A stretch of 64,000 bases of DNA from Octopus sinensis (lineage: Eukaryota): NCBI RefSeq assembly GCF_006345805.1, contig NC_043018.1, positions 20,026,001 to 20,090,000 of the forward strand. Direction: 5' to 3'. Within the stretch, counting starts at the first letter, position 1. Each line of letters starts with the position of its first letter. The position numbers and the translations under genes are program-made. Shown piece after piece: positions 25,027-38,826 of this stretch. The notes under the pieces are model-generated. The model was not told the origin of the DNA. It was given only the letters and a program-made list of their open reading frames with translations, and searched no databases.

Positions 25027-25191
25027 ATGGCTGTATGGTTAAGAAGTTTGCTTTGCAGCCGTGTGGTTTCGGGTTCAGTCCTTCTGTATGGCACCTTAAG
25101 TGTCTTCTACTATACCTTTGGGCTGACCGATGCCTTGTGAGGAATTTGGTTGGAAACTGTACAGAAGCCTGTCATGTATATATAACTGACA

Positions 25192-25507
25192 TTCTGTTGG
25201 ATACGACGACGAGGGTTCCAGTTGATCCGATCAACAGAGCAGCATACTCATGAAATTAACATGCATGTGGCTGAGCACTCCACAGACACGTGTACCCTTA
25301 AAGTTGTTCTCGGGGAGATTCAGCAAGACACAGAGCATGACAAGGCCAGTCCCTTTGAATTACACACACGACTCATTTTTGCCAGCTGAGGAGACTGGAG
25401 CAACATGAAATGAAGGGTGTCGCTCAAGGACACAATGCAGCCATGAGAATTGAACTCATGACCTTGTGATCAGGAGCCAAATACCCTAAATACTAAATCA
25501 TGCACCA
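25192..25507 (-). mobile_element. SINE with family F (CORE-like) body and tail type 1
   Basis: TGTGTCCTTGAGCG..CTTCATTTCATGTTGCTCCAGTC body joined to the tail found at 7790-7971. Confidence 0.7.
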
Positions 25508-25865
25508 TCATGATGTGTGTGTATGGTGGTGGTGGTGGTGGTGGTGGTGGGGGTCCATTTATGTTTGTGTCTTGCCACTTGGCAAGTGGTGTAGGTTTGT
25601 TTACATCCCTATAACTTAACAGTTGAGCACAAAGAGATTTGATACAGTAAATATGAGACTTTAAAATAATTACTAGGGTTGATTTGCTCAGTGGATACTC
25701 TTTGAAACAATACTCCAGCATGGGCACAGTCCTGTGACCAAATTAGGTCAAAGAATAAAAGAATGGAAGTTTCAGAAAATACAATATTCTCATATTTTGG
25801 AATGGTCATTTTTTTTTTACCTTCTTGCCAAATAAACACACACACTGTATATTTGTTCTTCATTC

Positions 25866-25896
<31 letters not shown>

Positions 25897-26945
25897 TTCT
25901 CTTCTGTCCATTGTCTGGAAATCTTTTGTCACACACTTGTGACCTCTTCACTGACTCTTCCATCCATGTGTTTCCTCCTGTTCTGTTCAGTCCATTCTCT
26001 GAGAATGGAAGAATCACTGACGAAAGATTTCTACTCAATGGACATAAGATATAATAACTACAATAATAAACCAGGGAAGAACAAATATACAATGTGTGTG
26101 TTTAATTGGCATATATATATATGTATGTATGTGTGTGTGTATATGTTTGTGTGTCTGTGTTTGTCCCCCCAACATCACTTGACAACTGATGCTGGTGTGT
26201 TTACATTCCTATAACTTAGTGGTTCTGCAAAAGAGACTGATAGAATAAGTACTAGGCTTACAAAGAATAAGTGTTGGGGTTGATTAGCTCGACTAAAGGC
26301 GGTGCTCCAGCATGGCCACAGTCAGATGACTGAAACAAATAAAAGAGTAAAAGAATATATATAAACATTTGTGTGTGTGTGTGTGTGTGTAATGTAGGGA
26401 CTGTTGAGTAGCCATCTGTATTCTCTGCAACAAGTAACCCCTTCTTGTCCTATCATACTTTAACCTATCAACATTTAGCCTAAAGCCGTCTCTGTTATAC
26501 TCGCACTCACACACTGAATGTTTCTGGTCTTGCAAGTTATATTGTGACCCCACTGGTGTTGGTGCCATGACAAAACCTGCCCATACATTCTGTAAACAGG
26601 TTGATGTCAGGGACCGAATCCAGCTGTAGAAAATCATGCCAAAGCAGACATTAGAGCTCAACGCGGTGTCCAGTGACTCCCTGGGTCCTCTCAGATGCTC
26701 AAGCCCCCACCTGATCAGAAGACAGGCATTTAATGATGATGAGACATACTCTTATACATATTATACATATATAAATGGACAGGAGGGGTATAATGTGTCT
26801 ATGTGCGTGCTTACATTTTCACTTCTCTGAAAACCATGGAGCTGCAAGTGATGATATTGTTGTCGTTTCCCCTGTTGACAAATTATCTGCTATGATCTTT
26901 TACTTGAAAAATTAGTAAGGGTTAGTGACAGAAAGGGCATCCAGC

Positions 26946-27356
26946 TGTAAAACAATACCTCAGTAATATATATTCATCTAACCCATGCTGGTATGAAAAA
27001 ATGAACATAAAACAATTGATGAACTACATATATTCAGAATAGCCAAAGATTTATGGTACATGTTCTGTGAGGAGAAGACGACTATCTCTGAAACAGATCT
27101 GTAAAAGAATTTCAAAATATTTTTCTGTTTACTGTAGCCATCTCTGTAGTAAAACAATACTTCAGTAATATATATTCATCTAACCCATGCTGGCATGAAA
27201 AAAATGGACATAAAAAAAAATTAATGAATTACATAAATTCAAAATTTGCCAAAGGTTAGGGGTACATGTTCTGTGAGGAGAAGACAACTATCTCTGAAAC
27301 AGATCTGTAAAAGAATTTCAAATTATTTTCCTGTTTACTATAGCTATCTCTGTAGT
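26946..27356. repeat. 203-bp tandem duplication
   Basis: GTAAAACAATAC at 26946 and 27149; includes a family D-variant tail plus unique flank. Confidence 0.9.
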
Positions 27357-27519
27357 CTTTCATATTGTCTGCAAGCTCCACAATGAAGACTTTCAAATAA
27401 ATAATGGCACATTTCTTAATTTCTTATTTGGTTTTGTCGGTGACAGCATCATGAAAGCAACTTCTGATGTCCAGTGTCATGTGTCACGTTTTTAGCATGA
27501 AAACACTGAAGAGATATTG

Positions 27520-27960
27520 TAATCATACTTTTGTACGACTCGGAGGAAATCTATTTGTACAAGCAAGTATAATATTTATGTGACCGATCGACCAGAAAAC
27601 TCGGCTCTTTGATTCATCAGCAGAACTATTTCCTGTTGTAAAGCAGGCATCTCACCTATTGTACTACGTCTCTCTTTGTTCCTATTGTCACTAAAATTAC
27701 ATCACTTGGTTGTGTCGCTCTTTACGAAGGCAAATCATCGTAAATACTTCAACACCGTAAACAGTCGGTTTTTAACATCGGTCAACAAATCTTATTGGCT
27801 AAATGCCCAGAATCTGAAGAAGGAAACAATGATGGTGGTCTGCATCAGTAAAAATTAGTCAATAACGGAGTTCCGTAACTCTAATTGCTCTCTGTTCGTT
27901 ATTCCTTACTCTCCGAAACAAAACAAAGAACACGAGAGTTTGGTATCTTATTTATTGTAA
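27520..27960 (-). promoter_or_regulatory. CpG-retaining island with CCAAT box and splice donor (candidate promoter/first exon)
   Basis: High CpG density; AGCCAATAAG on the minus strand (27791-27800); ATAG|GTGAGA donor at 27656/27655. Confidence 0.35.
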
Positions 27961-28679
27961 ACAAAATAAAAGCGAAAAGAATTGTTTAAAAATGAACGAT
28001 GAGATGAGGATTGTTTCAGTGTTTTGCTTCACTATCAAACTAACTTGACACACAATCCACAATTCAGACTAAAGAGATTCTACTCAGAGCTAATCTGAGC
28101 TATCTAGGATAACCCATAGCCCATACATACAGGTATGGGTACATACCCATAATAAAACATATACATATACATATGAGTGCATATACTCATACTCCTATAC
28201 ATATAAATATACATATACATAATGATATAAATAACATAAATCAATAAACATACATATGTTCCACATTCAAGGTTACAGTTTTTCAACTTAATATTGTGAT
28301 AATTACAATGTAGAAAAGCATACACATATTAATACCTAAATGCAGATATACAGAGTCAAGAGTACATTATATTAATTCTTATTAATTTCCAAAATGTCAA
28401 TAATGTTTGCATCATTATCTTTGTCATTACCACTAATGCTACCAATATCATCATTCATATTATTATTATTGATAACGCTAATACTAGAAAAACAATATAT
28501 AGATTCCATTATTAGCAATATAGTCACAATAGTAACACTCCTTCATGTACACTGTTTTGTTCTACAACATTATGTTTGACCTTAAAGTTTCTTATGTGGT
28601 GGTTTAATAAAGTATGTGATCGGGTATTATCTGGTAATTGATATTTGATTTCGATGTATTTCTCCATTTTCTTATTTTG

Positions 28680-28749
28680 TATATATATATATTATATATA
28701 TATATATATATTTATATTATATATATATGTATCTATATAAATTTATCTA

Positions 28750-28796
<47 letters not shown>

Positions 28797-28922
28797 GTAT
28801 CTATATAAATGTACTTATATATATATATATATATATGTATGTATCTATATAAATGTATATATCTATATATATATATATATATATAATATATATGTATATA
28901 TATATATATATGTATATGTATA

Positions 28923-28972
<50 letters not shown>

Positions 28973-29120
28973 ATATATATATAATATATATATATATATG
29001 TATCTATATAAACGTATATATGTATGTATGTATCTATATAAATGTATCTATATAAACGTATATATATATGTATGTATCTATATATATATATAGATGTGTA
29101 TATATATACATATATATATA
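28680..29120. repeat. (TA)n-rich array
   Basis: Direct reading; similar TA/TG arrays at 29640-30230. Confidence 0.95.
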
Positions 29121-29650
29121 ACAGGATAACTCACTTTTGCCAGTTGGGTGTAGACTGGAGTAACGTGAAATGAAGTATTTTGTTCGTGTCACTCCACACA
29201 CCACCCAGTCCAGGCAACAAAACCACAATCTTGCAACCAAAAGTGTAATGCCCTAACCATTATGCCATGCATCTCCACACAAACACACACTTACATACAC
29301 AAAAATTCTGTATATTTTTCCTATATATATATACATGTGCGTATGCATGCGTGTGTGTGTGTATGTGCGTGTGTGTGTGTGTGTGTGTGGTGTTTATGTC
29401 TGTATGCGTTTTGAAAAGCGAAGGACAATGTTTGTCTTTCTCAGACTATTCAAATATTGTTTCATCCTTCAACCGTTTCGATGGTATTTCTTCAATAAAC
29501 ACACTGCTGTCTTCCAGTCAACTCTGATGGCACACAACCTTAACTTCTGTCTCCTGACCTTGTCTCCTCTTCTCCCCCCCCGCCCCACCTCCAGCAGCTC
29601 CCCTCTTCCTTATTCTCATTGCCTACAGACAACACACAATACTCCAATAT

Positions 29651-29703
<53 letters not shown>

Positions 29704-30117
29704 TACACATTTATACTGACACATGTGTATGACTGTGTGTGTGTATATATATAAATATATATATAGACACACACACACACACACACTGACACCCACACCA
29801 AGATACACGCATACACTTATATTCACACAGATCTGTATGCTTATATATATATATATATAGATAGATAAATAGATAGATAGAAAGATATAGACATACACAA
29901 ACACACACACTCACATATACACATACTCAGATACAGAAACATACACATATATAAGCATTTATATAAAATTTTATATTGTGTGTGCTGTGTATGTCTGTGT
30001 TTGTGTGTGCGTGTGTATATATATGTATGTACTTACATATGTGTGTATGTATATATATATATATATATAGGTATGTATGTTTGTGTATATATATATATAG
30101 GTGTGTATGTGTGTATG

Positions 30118-30148
<31 letters not shown>

Positions 30149-30844
30149 GTGTATGTATGTATGTGTATATAAATATATATATTATATATATATATATTCA
30201 TACACACAAGAAAAAATATATACACACACACTACTCAACTTGCTTTCCATCTCCAATTTCTGTCAGATCTGTTCTGCAAGCTTCTAAGACAAAGCGACAC
30301 ATTCTTGCCTTGCAAGAAACGACAGCTGACCGGTGCAGTCTAGCTTGATTGTTTTGAAAAGCCAGATGACCAGAACCGTAAACTTGAAACCCCAGTCTAC
30401 CTTGTCAGAATACCTGTTTACAAGCTAGATAAACAGCATTTATCCCTAGGATAGACTACTTGTGTCTTTCAATAAACCATTTGTTTGACTTTGTTTGTGT
30501 TTTCTCTTCATGTCTAATAACATTGTCGGACATGTTGTTCGGCTGAAGTTTCTGTCAAACAAAGCCTGTTTAAAACATCAGAGTCACTTTGAAAATATAT
30601 ATAATGAATTCTTTGTGAAGTAATTAATTTTAATTTCTTTGTAATTAATTACTTTATAAAATAATAGCTTCATAATATTCACCTAATCTTTCTGTTTTTC
30701 TTTTTTGTTTATTTCTCGCTCCCCTCACACTCTTATGTAACATCCCCCCCTCTAGCCCCTCCATACCGTTTATATTCACTCCAACTGTACCTTGTTGGAA
30801 TGTCCCAATACATCTCCACTACCATTTATTTCTCCCTCTCTTTC

Positions 30845-31250
30845 TTTCTTTCTTTCACTTGTTTCAGTCATTTGACTGCGGCCATGCTGGAGCACCGCCT
30901 TTAGTCGAGCAAATCGACCCCGGGACTTATTCTCTGTAAGCCCAGTACTTATTCTATCGGTCTCTTTTGCCGAACTGCTAGGTGACGGGGATGTAAACAC
31001 ACCAGCATCGGTTGTCAAGCAATGCTAGGGGGACAAACACAGACACACAAACACATACACACACATATATATACACATATATACGACAGGCTTCTTTCAG
31101 TTTCCATCTACCAAATCCACTCACAAGGCATTGGTCGGCCCGGGGCTATAGCAGAAGACACTTGCCCAAGATGCCACGCAGTGGGACTGAACTTGGAACC
31201 ATGTGGTTGGTTAGCAAGCTACTTACCACACAGCCACTCCTGCCCCTATG
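30845..31250 (-). mobile_element. SINE family A, full length, young
   Basis: Nearly identical to 34670-35067; CpGs retained. Confidence 0.92.
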
Positions 31251-32261
31251 TCTCTGTCTCTTCCTCACTCTGTCTATCTTTCTCTCTAACTCTGCCTCTC
31301 TCAGTCAGAGCAAGACACCTCTCTCTATAGTGACCAAATGTGAATCTGGCATTGCTCCCAAAGCATAATTTGGCCCATTTCGAAAACGGACATTGATAAA
31401 AGAAGGAAGAACCAGAGTGAAAATAATACTAGCGTTGATAGCATCAGCTAAAGCCCTGTGATGTCAGTGCCCCAGCCTGGCCACAACTGAATGACTAAAC
31501 CCCCCCCCCAAAAAAAAAACAAATGAAACAAGAAAAGAATTCTTGTCACACATCTTTTGGCATTGACCAGAATTGAACCCTGATTTGAATGCCCTTCTCA
31601 CACTTCCGTGTCACCCAACCATCCTACCTTCTTTGGTATGTCCCATGCCTGGTTTATCTTCTCTGGAGATCAACCACAGTCTTAACTGTTTTCCTCCAGA
31701 TCTCCACTGAAGGATAATCAAAACCTGCATGTGTATATATGTGTATGTGTGTGTGTATATGTGTATGTGTATATGTGTGTGCGTGTGTGTGTGTTTCTAC
31801 CCCAACAGTCATTTCCAATGTTGTTAGCTTGTTTTAGGACAGTTTCTTTCTTTCGCCCCAGTTATTCCAATTTCAGTTTGTTGACACGGCAACAGATAAC
31901 TGAATTGAGTAAACGGAACCTTCTGTTGTAAACGAACATATCGGTATCTGCTGCCATCACGGTATCAGGTTCTTATCAGATATTCTTTATTCCAGTCAAA
32001 GAAAGATAAGCACTGCTGGGCCCTACACACACTTTTGATTCTCATGATTCGCTGAAGGGTTAACAGTTAAACCAACAGCAGTGACAGTTGTAGTAGCAGT
32101 GATGGCAGTGGTGGTGGTGGTGTTGCCAGTAGTGATGGTCGTGGCTGTGGTTAAGTTCCAAGTCAGTTTTGATCTGACTGACTTAGGTTTGAAATATTCA
32201 ACAGACACTGTCCTGTTTTTTGCTTTTGCTTTTTTGCTATATTTTTTTTTGGTGAACATAG

Positions 32262-32427
32262 CACAGGTGTGGCCATGTGGTAAGTAGCTCGCTTACTAAC
32301 TACAAGGTTCCAGGTTCAGTCCCACTGCATGACACCATGGGCAAATATCTTCTACTGTAGCCTCGGGCCAACCAAAAGCCTTGTGAGTAGATTTGGTAGA
32401 CAGAAAATGAAAGAAGCCCATTGTATA

Positions 32428-32464
<37 letters not shown>

Positions 32465-32645
32465 CCCTCAACCATCACTTGACAACTGATGTTAGTGTGT
32501 TTACATCCCTGTAACTTAGTGGTTCAGCAAAAGAGACTGATGGAATAAGTACTAGGATTACAAAGAAGTCTTGGAGTCAATTTGTTCAACTAAAGGTGGT
32601 GTTCCAGCATGGCTGCAGTCAAATGACTGGAACAAATAAAAGACT
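32262..32645 (+). mobile_element. SINE family A, full length
   Basis: Family match. Confidence 0.88.
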
Positions 32646-32744
32646 AAACATTCCAAAATTGCTGTTGCATTGCCAAAGTTGAAGACATCAGGAACAAGCA
32701 CCTTATCATGCTATTACCTAAACACACTTTCATAATTATTGGAT

Positions 32745-33190
32745 TCAAATTTTGGCACAAGGCCAGCAATTTTGGTTGAGGGGTAAGCTGATTACATTAA
32801 CTCCCAGTGCTTGACCAATACTTATTGACCATGAAAGGACAAAAGGCAAAGTTGACATTGGTGGAATTTGAACTCAGAATGTTAAGATGAAATACTGCTG
32901 CGCATTTTACCTGGTGTGCTAACGTTTCTGCCAATTTGCTGCATTCACTCTTTTATAATTATTAATCTCATTAAAGCGGCAAGCTGGCAGAATCATTAGT
33001 GTTCTGGACAAACTGCTAAGTGTTCTTTGACCCGCCGAAACATTCTGAGCTCAAATTCTGCTGAGTTCGACTTTGCCTTTCATCCATTCAGGGTCGATAA
33101 ATCAAGTACCAGTTAAACACTGGGGTCGATGTAATGAATTCGTCCCCTTCCTTAAAACTGCTGCCCTTGTGGCAAAATTTGAAACCATAA
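32745..33190. mobile_element. Head-to-head family C pair (32745-32940 minus; 32974-33190 plus)
   Basis: Two cores in opposite orientation about 35 bp apart. Confidence 0.82.
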
Positions 33191-33545
33191 TTATTAACCA
33201 AGCTCCCTTCATTATTATTTACCAATACTACCAAGATACCACACACTCAGCAACAACAGTGGAAACCATATTTCCACTGAGGATGGTTAAGAAGCCAGAA
33301 ATGTTCAGGATTGTCTTTCTTGTTCACTTGCTTGCCCAGAGAGTAAAGTTAATTAATTAACTCCTTTTTTTTTTCCCCCTAATCACAGCAGTTAACCCTT
33401 TTGTTATTATATTTCTGCTGAAACACATTGACTTTGCTTCAGTTAAATTTGAAAATAAGGGAGAATTTAGAAAGCAATCTTGGTTTTTATTTAAACCAAT
33501 TTAAAGCAGGAACTTTGTATCATAAAGTTTGTGTGTATGTGTCTA

Positions 33546-33587
<42 letters not shown>

Positions 33588-33625
33588 ATATATATATATA
33601 TATATTTATATACACATATACATAT

Positions 33626-33697
<72 letters not shown>

Positions 33698-34669
33698 AGG
33701 GAGAGAGATACATTCATGGCTTTGTAGTAAGAGATTTGCTTCCCAACCACATAATTCTAGGTTCAATCCTTTTCCATGGCACCTTGGGCAAATGTCTTCT
33801 ATAGCTTTGGGCCAATCAAATCCTTGTGAGTAAATTTGGTTGACAGAAACTGAAAGCCTGTCATATATATATATATATATGTAATGTGTGTGTGTGTGTG
33901 AATGTGTGTGTGTGTGTGTGTGTATTAGTGTCTCCTGACCTTGATGTCACACGATAGTCGTAAATGAGTGCCACCGTCATGCATGCAGTGTATTCTGTTT
34001 CCAGTCTTCAGTGAAAATATGTCAGATCATGGGGGGACTAATTACCTTACTTGGAAACAGACGAGGGTTGGTGACAGGGAGGGCATCCAGCTGTAGAGAA
34101 TCTGCCTCAACGCACTTTGTCCAACCCATAACAAGCATGGAAAAATGGACATTAAAACGATGATGATGATGCTGATATATTGATGCAAGTAAACACAAGA
34201 AATTGTCTGCAGACTTGTATATTTTAAGAAGATGCAAAATAAAGTGCTACGTAAAACACTTACCTTGTTATGGTAGCTAATAGCGCCGACTGAAATGGTT
34301 GTTTGTGTCAAGTGCTGATGATGAAATTTTCAATAATTGATGATTGGAAAATGTTCAGAAATGGTTTGTTTAATGTTTTTGCACGATTATACAGAAGATA
34401 TTTCCAGAAGTTTTCACCATTCCATTTGGCTTTGAATTAATTTCTTTCTTGGTCCAGACTGATCCAAAGAACAGTTCTATGTGTCGTTTCAGCCGAGTTA
34501 TAAAATATTGAGATCTTTGTTATACAGAACTACTACTACTACTGCTGCTACTACTACTTACTACTACTACTACTACCACCACCAAGCAATGCTAGGGGCA
34601 CAAACACAGACACACAAACACACACACACACATACATATATATATACATATATACTCTTTTACTCTTTT

Positions 34670-35067
34670 TCTCTTTTACTTGTTTCAGTCATTTGACTGC
34701 GGCCATGCTGGAGCACCGCCTTTAGTCGATCAAATCGACCCCGGAACTTATTCTTTGTAAGCCCAGTACTTATTCTATCGGTCTCTTTTGCCGAACCGCT
34801 AAGTGGCGGGGACGTAGACACACCAGCATCGGTTGTCAAGAAATGCTAGGGGGACAAACACAGACACACAAACACACACACACATATATATATATACATA
34901 TATACGACAGGCTTCTTTCAGTTTCCATCTACCAAATCCACTCACAAGGCATTGGTCGGCCCGGGGCTATAGCAGAAGACACTTGCCCAAGATGCTACGC
35001 AGTGGGACTGAACCCGGAACCATGTGGTTGGTTAGCAAGCTACTTACCACACAGCCACTCCTGCGCC
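34670..35067 (-). mobile_element. SINE family A, full length, young
   Basis: Family match; preceded by a duplicated mid-fragment at 34583-34650. Confidence 0.92.
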
Positions 35068-35769
35068 TTACAAAGAAGAAATAAAAATGCTTTATGTTGT
35101 ACAATTTTTCTTTTTCCTGTCAAAATCATGCGTGGAATGACTGTTTAATTTTTATTATTTATTTATTACAATATTAATTGCACTATTAATTGCAACAGTC
35201 ACGTACCGGGTGGACAGGTGGGTGATTTAACTGACTGTCCCCCATTAAGCTCCTATATTTCTGGTTTTGTATCTACGGTCATAAATTATTTATTGCAACA
35301 TTATTTCAGACAACTAACCTTTTGTGCGTGCATTAATTGCCTTCATGCTACGATAGCAAAATAACGTGTGCACATGCGCTCAGCTTAAACAGCACAATGC
35401 AGGCAAATATGAGGGGAGGGGATCTCTCCCCCCTCTCTCTCTCTCTCTCCTTTCTCTCTCTCTCTCTTTCTCTCTCACTCTCTCTCTCTCTCTCTCACGT
35501 GCAGTTGGCCGTATGGTACTATGAAAGAATTTTAGGAGATCACTGACATTAACTCTTATCTTGAAGAAATGGAAGAGGAATAGCTAAGCTCTACCAGCAC
35601 CCCCTTTTTATGCTACAAAAACCCTTCCAAAGAAAACAAATATGGCAGGAATGAACAGATGGTATTGTGCTGTTATAGCATGGAATGGTTCAACGCTTTG
35701 GTTTCCATCTTTCTGTCGAAATACACAGACATTGTCTCAGCTAATTTTTTAAAAAATAATGAAGTATAT

Positions 35770-36180
35770 AGATGCAGGTGTGGCTGTGTGGTAAGTAGCT
35801 TGCTCACCAACCACATGGTTCCGGGTTCAGTCCCACTGCATGGCACCTTAGGCAAGTGTCTTCTACTATAGCCTCGGGCCAACCAAAGCCTTGTGAATGG
35901 ATTTGGTTGACGGAAACTGAAAGAAGCCCGTCATGTGTATGTACATGTATATATATGTGTGTGTGTGTTTTTGTGTCTGTGTTTGTCACCCCAACATTGC
36001 TTGACAAACGATGCTGGTGTGTTTACATCCCTGTAACTTAGTGGTTCGGTAAAAGATACCAATAGAATAAGTACTCGGCTTACAAAAAAATAAGTCCTGG
36101 CGGGGTCAATTTGCTTGACTAAAAGGCAGTGCTCCAGCATGGCTGCACCAAATGGCTGAAACAAGTAAAAGAGTATTTAA
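35770..36180 (+). mobile_element. SINE family A, full length
   Basis: Family match. Confidence 0.9.
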
Positions 36181-36930
36181 TAAAATTAAATTGTCATTAT
36201 AACACTGCTGTTTAAAACGTATGTTAGCAGGTAACTTTGAAGAAAGTTTATAATGTAGATCACTTGAATAGTTTTGTTACCATTAGTAGTTCGTAAGCAA
36301 GCTACTTACCACACAGCCACTCCTACACCTAGACATAAAAGCGAAAAACAAAACTGAAACAAAAAAAATAATGGTACCAGTGCTACTTTGGTGGGTTCTG
36401 TGGAATCTTGTCTTTTTGATAAAATTATTCCATTTTAGTTCTATTTGACATAAATATTTTGAAAATTCTGTCTTATATTTAATTCCTTTATGTTATGATT
36501 CTTTTCTATTTCCAGGTAAGTTGACTCTTCCTGCAAATGATTCCTGCCAGAAGAATCACCAATTCTTGGTAAACCATAATTACTTTTCACTTGCCATTCA
36601 TTAATGAGCTTTGTAATTATTTTGTATCAAATTATATTTCTTGTTTATTTGCGTGTTTTTAGTTTTCGCTTTTTGTTTTTGTTTTTCTAATTATGTTTAT
36701 GTGTGTATATATGTGTGTTTGCATCCATTGTGCTTATGGATGTGTGTGTTTGTGTGTGTGTTAGTGCACATCCATGTATGTGTGTACACGCGCAATGGTA
36801 TTTGTTATCCATGCATATATGTTTGTAAATTTGTTTACTATTGTATACACTTCTATAGCTTCAGGCCGACCAAAGCCTTGTGAGTGGATTTGGTTGAAGG
36901 AAACTGAAAGAAGGCCGTCGTATATATGTA

Positions 36931-37091
36931 TCAGCTGAAATTGCGAGGATAATCTGGTGCTTGACTTAGGATAGAGGGCTTCGAATAACCTGTCCTTGTT
37001 TTCTTTGCATCGTCTATCTGGATGTTTTGTTGTCCCTTTTTGTATCACCTAGCTGTCTGGATGTTTTGCATTCTTGTCCCATTTTGTATTT
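36931..37091. mobile_element. Single-arm copy of the 40756-41055 element, inserted in the (TA)n linker of a family A SINE
   Basis: CTATCTGGATGTTTTGTTGTCCC..CTTGTCCCATTTTGTATTTTA; family A halves at 36850-36930 and 37140-37360. Confidence 0.8.
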
Positions 37092-37124
<33 letters not shown>

Positions 37125-37613
37125 ATGTGTGTGTGTATATATGTGTGTATGTATATGTTTGTGTGTGTGTTTGTCACCCCAGCATCGCTTGACAACCGAT
37201 GCTGGTGTGTTACGTCCCTGTAACTTAGCAGTTCGGCAAAAGAGACCAATAGAATAAGTACTGGGCTTACAAAGAATAAGTCCTCGGTTCAATTTTCTCG
37301 ACTAAAGGTGGTGCTCCAGCATGGCCACAGTCAAATGACTGAAACAAGTAAAAGAGAAAGAGAGGTATATCCTTGTGTTTCAACATACATTTTGTACTCG
37401 TGTATAGCAGCACGTGTATATGTATGCCTACATGTGTACGTGTGTATATGTGCAATGGTATTACTTATCCATGCATATATGTTGGTTGATTTTGTGTATC
37501 CTTGTGTCTTTCAAGACACATTCGTGTTTGTGTACAGCTGTGTGTGTATGTGTGTGCGTATATACAACAAAGTGTGTGAGTGTGTGTCTTTGTATGTATA
37601 TCTTCATGTATGT

Positions 37614-38222
37614 GTCATCATGATCCAGTCCTGCTTGTTGCACTGATCCCCGTGATTAATCCTCTCCAGTCCGTTTGGTTCGCCATTGCACGTGGTAAAG
37701 CCTCTCAGGTGCACTCATGGTCCTCGCTCACTTTCTTCAAGTAGGGTCGATGTAGTCGACCAACAGTTACATACCATGCTTTAGGTCGCTGATCATCTCA
37801 TCCTTTGCTCTCCTTCGATGTTCAGCAAAACCTGTTGACGTGATATCGGTGGTAAATTGCCCTAGAGAAATTCATTCGTAGGGTGTTCTCTCCAGATGTC
37901 CAGAGCAGCTCAAAGCATTCTTATTTCTTTATTGCCCACAAGGGGCTACACACAAAAGGGACAAACAAGGACAGACAAATGAATTAAATCGATTATATCG
38001 ACCCCAGTACATAACTGGTACTTATTTAATCGACCCCGAAAGGATGAAAGGCAAAGTCGACCTCGGTGGAATTTGAACTCAGAACGTAGCGGCAGACGAA
38101 ATACCGCAAAACATTTTGCCTGGTGTGCTAACGACTTTGCCAACTCAAAGCATTCTTGTAGAAGTTCCATCAATTTTCTTACCAAGCTGTTTTGTTAGAG
38201 TCCATATCCTACATCCATATAG
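37614..38222 (-). pseudogene. RTE-clade LINE 3' fragment, interrupted by a family C SINE
   Basis: Spliced-out translation YGCRIWTLTKQLGKKIDGTSTRML*AALDIWREHPTNEFL*GNLPPI..FAEH..AKDEMISDL..VGR..RPYL..AMANQTDWR; classic RTE C-terminus with stops and frameshifts. Confidence 0.88.
37923..38143 (-). mobile_element. SINE family C with 14-bp TSD
   Basis: CTCAAAGCATTCTT at 37909-37922 and 38144-38157. Confidence 0.92.
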
Positions 38223-38338
38223 TATAACCAACCACACAACCATGTGAAAGAAGTTCTATGTTTAAGAGATGAGGAATTATGTACATTATTTACATTATTT
38301 ACATTCGCCGGATATTTGACCTCATCTTGTTTGTTGTT

Positions 38339-38384
38339 AACACAACATTTCAACTGATATACCCTCTTGCCTTCATCAGGTGTC
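38339..38384 (-). ncRNA. Degenerate minimal type I hammerhead ribozyme motif
   Basis: GACAC-CTGATGA-A-GGC-(14 nt)-GTT-GAAA-TG-TT-GTGTT: stem I GACAC/GTGTT pairs fully; stem II has two G-U wobbles; stem III ATGT is one transition from palindromic ACGT. Confidence 0.5.
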
Positions 38385-38504
38385 TTGGGGAAATTTCAAA
38401 CCTAGGTTCTCATTCCTAAGTTATTTTTCGATGTTACTATGGACAAAATGGACAAAATCAAAAGCAAACTCGATGAATATTAATGGATTTTGTAGTTTGT
38501 GGTA

Positions 38505-38826
38505 CCAGTGCTGGTGGCACATACGAAAACCATCCGAACGTCGCCGTAGCCAGTACCGCATTGACTGTCCTCCGTGCCGGTGGCACGTAAAAAACACCAT
38601 CTGAGCATGGCCGTTCGCCAGCCTCGTCTGGCACCTGTGTCGGTGGCACATAAAATCACCCACTACACTCACAGAGTGGTTGGCGTTAGGAAGGGGATCC
38701 AGCTGTAGAAACACTGCCAGATCTGACTGGCCTGGTGCAGCCTTCAGGCTTCCCAGTCCCCAGTTGAACCGTCCAACCCATGCTAGCATGGAAAGCGGAC
38801 GTTAAACGATGATGATGATAATGATG
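38505..38826 (+). mobile_element. Family D, 2-3 head units
   Basis: Family match. Confidence 0.88.
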
